A DNA stretch of 64,000 nucleotides, taken from the NCBI GenBank assembly GCA_013265495.1, contig MU061578.1:1497308-1561307 (forward strand). Direction: 5' to 3'. A model generated the notes under the pieces. That model was not told where the DNA came from. It did not search any database and worked only from the letters and a program-made list of their open reading frames with translations. Position numbers and translations under genes: made by a program. Shown piece by piece: positions 13,501-26,030 of this stretch (its first letter is position 1; each line of letters begins with the position of its first letter). This DNA is from Vicugna vicugna (Eukaryota).

Positions 13501-13929
13501 ATTCATTTGCACAAAGTGGAGACCAGGCATCCAGCAGAGGAGGCACTGCATTGTTTAGCATGCACGGATGCTGCCTGACACTAAGAGATCCACCTTCATG
13601 ATCTCCTTGTAGACCCTCGCGACACTTCCGCTAGAGAGGTATCAGCGGGCATTGCGCTGTCTTCTATGGGACCCATCCACGGCTTAGAAACCAGCTAACA
13701 TCATGGTGGCCTCCAGCCAAGCTGAAGCAGACGGATCCTGCAAACAGAAGTAGCCAATCATGGTTTCGTCACCCGCGAGTGGTGTGAACTTCAGCAATAC
13801 CCTTGGTCCGTCAGAAGTACCTACTTAGTCATCCTCCATGAAGAGAAAACCAGAGTAACACACTCGTGAACGGAAGCCAAGTTTCCTACCACGTGTATGG
13901 GCCCCAGCGTGAGCTCACCCCTTCCTGTC

Positions 13930-14410
13930 TCTAGCTCCATCCCACATGTCTCTCCTTCTCACCACCATGTGCCAGCTTCCTTTTCTCCACCATGCCAACC
14001 TCATGCTGGCCCCAGGGCCTTTGTCTTTGCTGTTTTCCCTGCCTGGCTCACCCTTTCTTGCATTACCCTTAGCTGGCTCCTCCTCCACCTGTAGGTCTCC
14101 ATTTCAAGTGTTACCTCTTCCGAGATGGCTTCACTTTGGAACTGACTCTTCCAAAGATGGGTCTCTCCCACCGCCACTAACTATCCCCCACCATCAATTA
14201 CTCTATCGCATCCTCCTATGGATTCTTCGACATCACTTATCAAAACGTAAAATTATCTTGTCCACATATTGGCTTTACCATCCGTCTCTCCCACTAAAAT
14301 ATACACTTTATGAAAAACAAGGATAGGTTGGTACCATTCACCACTTCATCCCCCGGGACTTGGAATGGTACCGGCATACTTGCTACATGGAAAGGACCAA
14401 TAAACAAATA
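13930..14410 (+). mobile_element. L2 fragment
   Basis: cccagggcctttgtctttgctgttttccctgcctgg...ctcccactaaaatatac...aataaacaaatatt. Confidence 0.7.
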
Positions 14411-15261
14411 TTAGCTGCTGTTGTAATTTTATATGGTGACATTGTTCCAATAAATACAATGAAAGTGAAGGACTGAGACATCTTGTCAAGGAACTCACTG
14501 GTCAACTTCTCTGCTGAAATTACCCACCAGCTGGGTGAGAACTAGTCGCTGGCTCTGAAAGAAGACACAAGACATACATCCTCATGCCTTCAACTCTGGA
14601 GCCCCTCTGGGCAGGAGACATTCTCCTTCCGGGTAAACCAAGGAAATGTCTGAAGAACCCAGTCTTTCCTCTGGGTCCATGTACAGACCGACAGCCCCCA
14701 AAGCACATGCCAATGGCTCATCCCTGGTCCAGCAGCAGCATCAATAACCAAGCCACATGACTGGGGCTTTCGGCTGGTTTAATCACTTGTCAGTTCCAAA
14801 GACATTTGCTGAGCTGACAGAGTCATCTGGGCTGTGACATAGAAAAATCACTGTATTTCTGGGTAAAAAATGACTTAAACGTCTCAGGCTTACAGGCTAT
14901 CTTAATTCATCTGGTGGACTACGCCTGATTTTCGGTTGTTAAATCTCTGCCTCTGAGCTTCTGAGTTCGGCATTTTTGAATTTGACATAATGAGTGCCGG
15001 AACGTGTCAAGCAGACCCACTATCTTGCTCTCAAATTTCTCCCGCTTTAGTAGAGTAGACTGTGTTGGAGGGTGTACAGTCTGGTACCACATTTTGAGCT
15101 AACTTATACACACAGCAAAGTGGCGGTGGGGAGGGATTTGATTTAGCACAAAACTGAAAAATTCAAATCTCCAGGCTCAACTAGATGCAGGTGCCGACAT
15201 TCAAATGATTTCAGAAATGAGTATCTTTTTAACATTTTGTGTTCAGACTGGCTTTCCCTAT

Positions 15262-15646
15262 TGTCTTAAGTCCATTTAGGCTGCTATAACTGAATACTGT
15301 AAAATCAGTGGCTTCAGGAACATTTATTTCTCATAGTTCTGAAGGCTAGGGAGTCCAAGATCAAGGTATGAGCAAACCTGATGTTGGGAGAGAGCCCACT
15401 TCTTGGTTTGCATGTAGCCACCTTCTGATTGTATCCTCACACGGCAGAAAGCAAAGAGGGGAGGAGGAAAAAGAGAGAGGGAAAGCTCTCCTTTCTTTTC
15501 TTAGAAGGGCACTAATCCCATTCATGAGTGTCCCATCCACATGATCGAATTACCTTCCAAAGACCCCATCTCCAAATACCATCACTTTGGGGGTTAGGTT
15601 TCCAATATATAAATTTTGCAGGGATACAAACATTCAGTCTATGATA
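15262..15646 (-). mobile_element. MLT1A-like MaLR solo LTR
   Basis: tgtcttaagtccatttaggctgctataac...gggatacaaacattcagtctatgata; TSD cctat/cccat; appears nested in an older MLT1-like LTR (~15130-15960). Confidence 0.85.
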
Positions 15647-17759
15647 CCCATGTACCACAACAAGGTCATCAGATAACCCCAGGCCAATATCCTATTTGTT
15701 TCATAACCCCAGGAAAAAGAGTCTCTTTCCAGGGACAAGTCTCCTTGGATAGAGCTGGTCACATGCCCATTGGGGAACCAATCGCCACGGCCACAGGAAT
15801 GGAAAATGCTGATTGGACAAGCCTGAGTCACTGCAGGCCCCTGGAGTTAGAGGGAGGTGTCAGTCCTGTCTGAATGACAGGGACTCTAAGAGGGGACGGT
15901 GCAGCTGCTCAAACCATTCCAAGATGGGTTCCATTCCCAGGAGATGGAGGAGTAAGTCCAAAGCAGGCACGCAAGCAAGCACACAGATTTAGGTGCAGAA
16001 ATGGGCATGTGAAAGTAGAGTTGGCCACAAAATACGAGAAATGCGCTAAAACAAAATGAAAAAAACATCAGCCTTTAATGGCACTTGCAAGTTGCAACAT
16101 GGCCAGTTGCATATGTATATTTAGATGTCATTGAGAAGAGGGAACTGGGGCTGGGGGTGGGGTGGGGTTGGGTATCAGAAGGATCAAGAAGATGGTGTCT
16201 GAGGTGGGCTTGGAAAAGTGAAGAGCGTTTTGCCCAGGTGAGAAGTCTACGCTAAGGAAAATTAAGAGCAAAGGCAATTTCTTGAATCATTTCTGACCAC
16301 GATGCCCTGAGGAAGGTGGTATTATAACCCCCATTTTAGAAAGGAAGAAACCCATCTAAGGTGATTCTTTTTGTGGGATAAGTCCGAGGCCAATCTAACT
16401 CCAAAAAACGCATCTTTTCACCAGGACCACCGTGTACGGTGGAGCAGGGTGAGCTCACTCCAGGGTAGTGGCTCCATTCACATAGATCATGAGGTGAATG
16501 GTGGCGCCCCCTGGAGTCATACACTGGAAATGTGGCCAACCGGGTGAGGCAGTCCTGCATTAAACACTGGACCAAAGAGACAGGGAGCAAGCAGGCAGAG
16601 CTTTAATTTCAAAGCCCCTTCATACTCTGCTAAGAATCCTGGACAGTACTAGTTAATGTTCCCATGAAACTCACCATTTTATTTCCTGGTTCTGTGTAAC
16701 CCACAAGGATTTAAAATGAATTCTGCCATGTAATTCACTTCTTTCCAGCTCTCAGGATAGAAGGCACTCACAAGCAACAAACCTGGCATTGCTAGGCCAG
16801 GTGAGCAGTGGCATTTTAAAGAAACGGGTTTTCCACGAGTCTTATCTGGGTGGGAGAGGAAGCCAGAAGAGGAGAAGTCGCTAGAGAAACCAAGCTCAGC
16901 CAATTTGGGTTTTTTAGCTCTTAAGACTCCCTGGGAGTTTTCGACGATGGAGGCAATGAAGTTCTGTTAGAGAATAAATTGGTTGGGACACAAAGCTCCT
17001 TATAGATTATTGCCTCCTTCTTTGCCAATTACAAACTTGGCAATCATTTGTTTATTAACCTGATGGCTTGCTACATTAAAAAGCATCACATATTTTTAAT
17101 GCACCAAGATAAAGCTGTAGCATGCCAAATCGCTAACCCCATCTGTCCCTCCTCACCCTGGTCCCGCACTCTAAAGCACTTTTGAAGATAATTCAATAGA
17201 ACAAGGTTTTAAAAAGTTTAAAACTTCCTCCTGCATTGCCTCAGGGAAAGGTTGCCTGTTATGTGTGCGTGAGTGATAAAGTTTAGCCCCTTAAATTCAT
17301 TCTAAGGAGTGTTTGTTTGTGAAAGTCTTTATTTGGAAACGCAGTGGCTTAGCCCCAAGCGGCAGGCATCCCAGCAACCACCACTTCCCCACTGCTGCAC
17401 AGACTTCGGGAAAAGCCGCAAAGCTAATCCCAAATACAGAGTCTTCTCCAGGGAGGGTAGCCCTCCTCCCTCCCCTGCCCACCTCTCTCATCTTGAAGGC
17501 TTCACCCTCAGCTCTGCAAGGATGCCTCCACACCCAGATTCCTCAGCTGTAATCTGTCTCCACTCTTAGCTTCCCCACTTCTGGCTGTCTTCTAGAGAGC
17601 TCAGTCCAACTGCCACCAGAATCTCAAAGGCAACCTCTTAAGGATGTAGCACTTTTCATTCCAAGAAGCAAACCAGCTCTCCTGATGCATTTCCCCTGTT
17701 TTGAAAATGGCACTGCCCATCTCACAGTTCTGCAGACTCAAAACCTTGGGGTCCTCACA

Positions 17760-18210
17760 TGGAGCAGACGTGGGGGATATGCCCCATGCAGGTCCCCTCA
17801 CTTTTACCAGGTCAGTGCTCACTGGCCTGGCGTTTGATGTGTTAACATTCAACACCTGAATTTCTTTTGCCCGATGCTGAAACTGCTTTGCCCACCTGGA
17901 ATGCTGGAGAAGTACAGCCCGTCAATCAATAGCTAATGAGAGCTGGAGTATAAATACCCCAGCTCCCCTGCCCTTAGGTGGGAGAATGCTATGGTGTGTA
18001 TCTACATGGGTTCCATGCATTCCCACAGTGAGATTAAGCTCCAGTTACACAGTGGTCAGTGGCTTGATAAATTCTGTTGGCTGCCTTCTCTCCCCTGTAT
18101 CACTACTTTAGCATCCCACCACCATCACTACAAGTGTTCCCCCCGATAAATAACTTCTCTCTGAATCCTTGCCTCAGGTCTGCTTCTGTGGGGATTCAAC
18201 TGGAACCACC
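17760..18210 (+). mobile_element. LTR16-like ERVL solo LTR
   Basis: ccaatg-like box, ggagtataaatacccc TATA, ataaataacttctctctgaatccttgcctcaggtctgcttctgtgggga 3' end. Confidence 0.7.
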
Positions 18211-18329
18211 AGAAATGTTGTCTCTTCCTGCCAATATCTGCTACATGCTACCTGTCTCTAAGCCCCACCAAACCTACCTTCACTCCACTCTAAGGTCAGT
18301 CTTCCCCATAGGACCATGAGGATCTGCCC

Positions 18330-20260
18330 ATATCAATACTACCTGGGGAGAAACCAGGAAAGCTCCCCATACATAGAAGGTGTTGTTAGAGCTGAGCTAT
18401 GAAAGGTGAGCAAGAGTTACAGCCAGAAGTAAGGAGGTGGATGAGAAAAGAGAACAGAAGAAAGGTTCCACAATGGCCTGAAAACAAGGGAGAACATTGG
18501 ATGTATTAGACACTCATGCTTCTATTTTTTTGGAGCTGCTGTTCTCAATGAAGACACAGGTTTGCTCACTAAGAAGCATTTGGCAATGTCTGGCGAGATC
18601 TTGGGTTATCACAACTGGGGAGGGATGCTCCTGGCGTCTAGCAGGAGGAGGCTAGCAATATTGCTAGACATCCTACAATGCACAGGACAGCCCCTGCCAC
18701 AGAGAATGATCCAATGCCAAATATCAATGCTGCCGAGGCTGAGACGTCCTGGAGTTTAAAAGAGTTTGGTGAGAGAGAGAGATATGGAGGTTAGCAGGGG
18801 CTAAATTATGAATATTCTTGTGAGCCTTGGGGGCTGCACCACAAAAACAAGGAGGGAGAGTCACTCTTGAAAAATGGGAGTGAAAGATCACTCTGGCTCT
18901 GGACAGAAGATAAGTTGAAGAAAGGAAAGACTGAGACAGAACGTGAGACTGGTGAGGAAGATAGTATCTAATCCATCTGCAACATGGTGTCTGGACTAAG
19001 GAAGTGGAAAGAGGAGGCAGGGAGAAATGGGCATATTTTTAGTGATACTTTGGAAGTATTTTGACTCTAGTACCTACCCCATGGCAGGACTTCATTAAAA
19101 TTTTTCAGAATAAATGAATGCAAGAAGGAATGATTAAATCATGGTACCCCTCATGGCAGGCGTTGGACTGAGGCTTCGGTGTTGAGTTTTTAAGGTGATG
19201 CCCAGGGCAACTGGGTGGATAATAATACCATCCACTGAAATGGAGAGGCTAGGGAAAAATGATTCTAGAAGGATGAGAAGAAGAGATGGTGCACAATGAA
19301 ACTTTCCAAATGCTATGATGGTGATGCATGTCATGAGGCAGACTGGCCCATCCATGCTTAAGACAGACGGACCATTTCAGAAATGTGGTACTGGGCACAC
19401 ATGGGTAAAGGGGTACCTGGCAGACCCAGAAAGGCACAGCACCCTGTAGCCTGGGGCAGGGGGGCATTGGGACTTGATTGTTCATAGCAGTGTTCCATCT
19501 TGTTTTTTATACTCATTGCATGTGGAAACAGCCTCTGGTGACCAATAATGTGGATGACCACTCTTGAGTGCATACTTCCATATCTCAAGTACATCATTAA
19601 TTAAGTATTCATTAAGCCTGTCTAATGAACCTGTTCTAGGCACAGGAATCCTGCACTGAACAGAAATGTCAGCCTCATGGAGCTTACAATCTAGCGTGTG
19701 TATGTGTGTGTGAGAGAGAGAGACAAGATCCTTAACAGACACGCTAAGTTACGAATGCTAAACCCTGTAGCTAAAATGCAAGAACAGAGAATGAGAAATA
19801 GAGGGGGATGCAATTTTTAACAGGACAAGTCTCACCGACAAAGTGGTATTTGAGTAAAGACCTAAGTTGGGAGGTAGCAGGGGTCTTGAAAGAGGACCAA
19901 GTTTGGACAAGGAGGCCAGGGTGGCAGGGAGGGAGTCAGCGAGGAGAAAAGTTAACAGGAGACAAGGCAAGAAAGTAGGCAGGGGCCAGAGTGTGGGAAA
20001 TGGCTTTCATTCTCAATGAGATGGAGGTCATGGGGGAGGAGAGGTTTCCCACCGTGAAAGAAGACAAAGGAGGCTGTATCAGCAATCCAGGCAAGAGACG
20101 ACAGGACCTGAACCAGGGTGATGGCCCTAGTGCTGGGAAGGAGTGTATTTCTAGATGTATGTTGAACTTAACAGGATTTCCTCAGGGGAAGATCAGGGGC
20201 ACAATATTTAAGAAATAGAGGTACCACGCATGACTCCAGGATTTTAGCCTGAGCAGCCCT
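18330..20260 (-). mobile_element. Fragmented L2 (several pieces, interrupted by MER20 and other sequence)
   Basis: Purine-rich L2 antisense signatures: gagctgagctatgaaagg, gatcactctggct, ggcaactgggtggat, ctcatggagcttacaatctag, tgactccaggattttagcctgagca. Confidence 0.65.
18535..18752. mobile_element. MER20 hAT-Charlie DNA transposon
   Basis: tttggcaatgtctgg...cacaactgggg...catcctacaatgcacaggacagcccc...gctgagacgtcctg. Confidence 0.9.
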
Positions 20261-20724
20261 TAAGATAACTTGTAATGCAGATTGTATCATTCCATTTGCA
20301 GTGGCTATGTGTTGCCTTGGCCCACTAGTGGTCTTTTCGGGGGGGACGTCCCCACCTATTGTATGGAGCCTTGATGGATTTGGCCATCATCCCCTTTGCT
20401 TCTCTTCTGGGAAGAGCAGTCCCTGGCACATGATACAAACCAAACCTGTCTGTTTCCTCCCTGAATTTGTTTTTGCCAAAACTATGGGGGAAGATGATCT
20501 CTCATCCCCTGGGGTCACAAACTTAAAGGCCGCTCAAGTTTGGGTTTGCCAAGGGTCATTCTCCTACAGTCTAATGGTCCACATAAGAGCAACCAGAGCC
20601 TACACATGGCGACTCTCCTGAAGGCAACGTTTGGGTTTCTAGACCCAGCCATACTGGAATCAAAATGGTCTTCTCTTGAATCCAGTTTCCTTCACTTGCA
20701 TCTGGGAATACCCTGATCACGTAT

Positions 20725-21056
20725 GACCTAGAGTTACTATCCAATATGGCAGCCATCGCCAAATGAGGCAGGCAACTCCGGGATGCTTGACATGCAGGTA
20801 GACCCAACGGAGATGTGGCAGGAGCACAAAATACACTATGAAATTGAAAGAAATCATATGAAGAAAGGAATGTAAGCTACCTCCTTAATGTTTATGTTGA
20901 TGACACGCTGAATTGATAATACCTTGGCTATAGTAAATTACGAGAAATGCATTACTGTCTAATTAATTTCACCTGTTTTCATAACTTTAAAAACATGGCT
21001 ACCAGAAAAACTAAAATGACATACACAACATGATCACGCACTCTTGGACAGCACTG
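20725..21056. mobile_element. MER3/MER33-like hAT-Charlie transposon
   Basis: ctatccaatatggcagcca...aattaatttcacctgtttt...atggctaccagaaaa...ttggacagcactg. Confidence 0.8.
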
Positions 21057-21114
21057 TTACAGACGAACGTTGCAGGTTTGAGAATTTGAGCCTGAGTCAG
21101 CTCAACTCAAAAGC

Positions 21115-21345
21115 CAGGGTATTTTGGATGTACAATTTGATGAGTTTTGATAGATGTCTACACCTATGAAACCACCACCACAATCAAGATAGCTAACATT
21201 TCCATCACTCCCCAAGAGGCGCAAATTTCGAACTCCCAATTTATCCCTTCCCACTCACTTTACCCCAAATTGTACATCTGAAATATGTGTAGCTTACAGT
21301 ACAGAAGTTATATAATAAATTGTTGTAAGTAAATAAACAAATGGA
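21115..21345 (-). mobile_element. Old L1 (L1ME-like) 3' fragments
   Basis: gtacaatttgatgagttttga...aaaccaccaccacaatcaagatagctaacatttccatcactccc. Confidence 0.65.
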
Positions 21346-24290
21346 ATAACTAAAGCTACAAAAAAAAAAAAACCCAAAACCCCAAGGTATTTTTCTGTGG
21401 TTACCCCCCCACTCCCCCCATCCTACCATTAGGCACTTCACCTCCCGCAATACCGTGCCATCAGCAGATTTTAGACGGCTAGGTTGCCTGTATCTAGCTT
21501 CATGTTGAGCACAGGTGGCGGCGGGGCCTGCCAACTCACAAATTGCCAAGTGATTCACCTTAAAGGGACCCCTCAGAACCAGGATCCATCTGGCCAGTAG
21601 CCCCAGGGCCATTCCCTCTCCAGCTTCCCTTTGCCTCCGGGCTGTGTACCAGCCAGCATTCTGATCTGGCCTGTGAGCTCCTGGCCTCAGCCTGGGAGAT
21701 AGTTGCCTCCCTGTCTCCAGGGCTGAGTGAACTTGGTGAGAATGAAACCCACACTTAAGGTACCAGGGAACCGTTCCACTGAAATCCACAGCACTATAAT
21801 TACCATACACCCTTCAGCACCAGTGGCTCTGAGAGGCAGAAGAAATTAAATCAAAAAGCATAGATGGAATCAGGAGCAATCTTATGGGAAAGGCATGTAA
21901 ATGCACCATCTTACACTGGAAATGAGTTTTAAGATGAATACCCTTCACAAATGGAAACGTACCAAGAAGTACGGAGGAGGGTGTGCTCTTGCAACAATAG
22001 GTCAGCCCTTCGTTTTATGAGCTGCCAGCTGTATTGTATGAAGAACTTGCGAAGCTTAACGTTCTGGGCATTTTTTTTTCCTCCTCCAAAACCCTGAAAT
22101 GCAAATTCTTCAAGAGAATAACAAGTGATGCATGCTTGAAATTTATTTTTAAATCAAGAGCAAAATGAAACCCTTTAATTAATCTCGAAGAATTTAGCTC
22201 CTTCCCTTTCAGATCTGTCTTTTGCACAGTTAGATGCTTAAAATAATTGCACTCGTTCGTGTGAAACTACAGCAGTAATTCAGTGGGTTTATACTTGTGC
22301 AACCTTTTAAAAACAGGCCCTAAAACATTCATCTGTTGAACCAATTTACCAGCTTTCAATAAAGCATCTTTAAGATACTTTCTGTTACATTTATATGACA
22401 TAAGCTATATTATTTTAATAATCTGTGCTTGAGATATATGGTGATGAGGGAATTATCGCTCACCTGGGGAGATGGTGTAATTAGAAAAGAGGCACAGTCG
22501 GGAAATAAAAATGATTAAAAAAAAAAAAAACTTGCTGAAATGAACCAGCCGCAGCCATGAGCATGCGACGAGGTTGGCTTTAGTTGTTGGGGAGGCATTG
22601 GAGTGAGAAGCAGAGGAGAAGGAAACCAAGCGAACTTGTGGTGCCTGAAATAATTACCATTTCTTCCCCGTCATTTCTCAAGGCTCACGGGGAGCGAGGC
22701 CGTGCACCCAGCCGGGGCAGACAAATGAACACGCTCCCCACAGCCAGTCTGGGGGGCCGCTGCCTGAGCTGAGCTAACGGACCGGGGGGAGAAGTTGGGA
22801 GCAGGTGTAATTATACTAATGATTTATTGAATGTTTGATTAATTGGAAATTAAGTGAATGCACAGTGGCAGGATTGTCACAGCAAATCGCTCAGCTGTTG
22901 GCCTGAAAGGTGTTCTGCTCCCCTCCCATAAAGCAATTAAGAGCATCTGAGATCCCTGGTGGTGGTGGGGGGGGGGAACATGGGTGTGGAACTGTCCAAC
23001 CCTGGGACGGGAGGAGCACCGAGGAAAGAGCTTAACCAGCCCTCGCTGGGCGGTGTTTTGGAGAAAGAAACATTTTTCACCAAAACGTTAGCTCCAAATC
23101 TATCTTATTTGAGAAGTTAACTTCCACCTCATTGAAGATGACGGCTTCAAGGTAGCTGGGAAGACAGTGGTTTTTGCTTGTCTGCATGTGTGTCTGTCCC
23201 CATCACCCTCAGGGTCTCTGCAGCTCAAACAAGGGCTGTGCATCACAGAGAAGGGAGGCTCTGGAGGGCGGACTCCACACAAGAGAGCAGGGCTTGGTGA
23301 CAGAAGATGGGGCTGGTCTCCTGTCTGAACCCACCTGCTCAGCCAGGTGTCTGTGGACAGCAAACAAGCCAAAAGTTCACCATGGCTCTTCTTTCAACCC
23401 GTGCAAGACGGAATCAAGAAGATGAAAAAGGGCTTTCCTTCTGCACCTCGGGTTTTGAGACAGTACCTGAGACGACCCTCAACCACTTGACCTGACTGCT
23501 ACTCCTAGATTTTACTTGGAAGTGCAGTGTGCCCCACCTCTCCCCTACACTACCTCTCTGTCCCCCGGGCCCTCTCTCTCAGACTAACACAGCTAAGAGT
23601 TACAAGCCTGATGTTCTCCGTGCGGTGCCTTGAGCTTAGGGAAGGAAATTTGCTGATGCAAATTGAATACATAAATAAGAATGTAATAAACTTTCTCTTT
23701 GGGCTCCCTACATCACCGCTCAAGTTGCAGAACCTGGAATTAAAAGTGGACTTCGGAGCAGAAATGGGAGGGGTGAGTCTCCTATGTGCCTCGTGGCTTT
23801 GCAAATGCACAGGAGCTTCTGGAGAGAACAGTTCCCCAAAGTAGGTCCAAAACCTTAAAATAGACATGCCCTTTGATCTCTGGCTCTTCTAAGGAGTCGA
23901 TATACGCAAAGATGTATATATGCAAGGACGTTCACTGCAGCGATGCTTACAATAGTGAAACAAAATGAAACAAAACGAAAACGGAAAGGCACCAAGATGC
24001 TCAAAGCTTTTCCCCAAGGATAGTTTAAGGGAAATGACTGCAGAGGTTTGCAACATAGGATTTCAGGGGGCAGAAAAGGGGGAAATGCATATTGTATCAA
24101 CCTAATTCTCAGAGCTTAGACTAGCAACTCCAAACTTCAGAGGAAGACAGCTTAGGAAGAGCTGATTATAGACGTGATCAAAACCTGTTGCTAAGAGCAA
24201 ACAGCACATTAGCAAAACAGGAGACACATCACAATTCCAACTTTGCAAATCGAAATCACATCTGGATCAACAGCTATACGTGCAGAGACC

Positions 24291-24306
24291 TGTGTACGCG
24301 CGCGCG

Positions 24307-24344
<38 letters not shown>
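24291..24344. repeat. (CG)n-(TG)n alternating purine-pyrimidine microsatellite
   Basis: tgtgtacgcgcgcgcgagcg followed by (tg)17. Confidence 0.95.
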
Positions 24345-24350
<6 letters not shown>

Positions 24351-25409
24351 AAAAGATATTACACCAAAATGCTGATATCTGTTGATAGATGACTTAGGTA
24401 ACTTTTCTTTTTTCCCTTTGCTTCTCCCCATTTTCCAGCAAAAATAAAACACTTGTGTAATTTTTCATGTTTCTGCCTTCTGTGACTGTACACACATCTA
24501 GCATTTTATTGTAACAAACAGGAGCGCCCTGGGACACCTGGAGGAGACAGACAACGATGCCAGGGTGACAGTGGTCACCCATTATTACAGATACACAAAA
24601 CAGGACAATTGCCTGTTTTGAACACGTCGACTCTGGCCATATGTCTTGTAAAACTGGAACTCTGCCACCCAGTCGATCCAAAAAAAAGAAAAGAAGAAGA
24701 AGAAGACTGCAGTGGAGCCATTACAACAACCTAGCCAATTAAAGAAACCTCAAAAGTGTAACTGTGCCGCCCTTCAGCGAGGCAGGGGTTGGCAAGACCA
24801 GAAAACGCGTACAGCTCTATTAGACCAGCGGCACATTCCAGCATCTAGAAACAGGCAAATCTGTTTTGTCCCCCATGCACAGAAAGATACAATTAACACG
24901 GCTACAAAGTAAGTGATACTGCCTCATCACCAGCCACCAGGCTGTCCTGCAGGGGCCTCCATCCACAGCCTGGAGGGGAGGTTACTAATTATTATGCCAA
25001 ATTCAGCCTTGATTATTCCCCAAGAGGCACCTGTTAACTGGGCTGCTCCATTACATAACAGTTCTGAGCATCAATAATTGAGTTGCAACGACTTGATTTT
25101 CTCCTCGGAAATGTGATTTATTTTTTCAGCCTGGTTGTTTCAAGTTGCCTTCCCCGCCGCCCCCACCCTGGGCTGTGGGGGCCCAAGGAAGTTAACTGTG
25201 GTTGTGAAGCTAAGAAGAATTCAGGTTTCATCTACTCCCAGGAGAAATCAAAAGACATCCCAGCATAAACCCCGTCACGACAAAGAGTGTATAAAGTCTA
25301 CCACAAGTGCCAAGTGCTCGGTTTTTAATGAGTAAAAAGTGATCGGTGACTATCCATCTAACTCATGCTAAGTCTCTTTATTTCTCATGTATGAGGTATC
25401 TTCCAGCAC

Positions 25410-25850
25410 AGCACTTGCAGTGTTGTTTTGAGCACTTCCTTATGTTCCTGAACTACAAGACCTTCCATCCAAGGCTCACCCTGTCTATTTGATGCCCGAG
25501 CCCTAAAGGCAGTCATCTCTGCAAGGAGCCCGTGCTCCCTTTACTGGAGAGTGGTATTAGCAACCAAGATCTGGGTGCCAGGCGTGCTCACTGTTGCTGG
25601 GGTGTCATTGCTTCTAGTTCCTCTCAGCTGACAGAGCAAGATAGAGGTGCGTACCAATCCATGTATACATACGTGTCTAGAAATATTTCTATATTTAACC
25701 ATCTGTGTCTATGGGAGGCTAAATATGCATTCATACTGCTGTCCAAGTCCCATCCATTATGAAAATGTTATCATCCCAGCCTTCTTCCTGTGCTTATCCG
25801 CAACCTCCCACTCAAGCTGTGAGAAGCCTTTGCCCAGTACGTTCTAAGTA
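25410..25850 (-). mobile_element. Old L1 (L1MC/MD-like) 3' fragment
   Basis: caaggagcccgtgctccctttactggagagtggtattagcaaccaagatctgggtg. Confidence 0.65.
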
Positions 25851-26030
25851 ACCTCGCTGGAGCTGTATTCCCATTACAAGAGTGCCAACCCATTTGTTCG
25901 CTTAAAAGGACTTTGGAACCACATAGCAATGCCTGGGTTTGGTCCACCATGCTCATCCCATGGACACACGTGCCATGAAGGCACTGCCAAGAAATTCTAA
26001 GACCACAGGGTCCTACTGCTTCCTCATTAC

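Noticed and set aside
13590..13740. Minus-strand acceptor plus GCCACCATG Kozak
   Set aside because: The ATG frame stops after 6 codons and the donor is weak.
21241..21810. 189-aa ORF, the longest in the window
   Set aside because: No recognisable domain, runs through poly-T and an L1 remnant, no convincing splice context.
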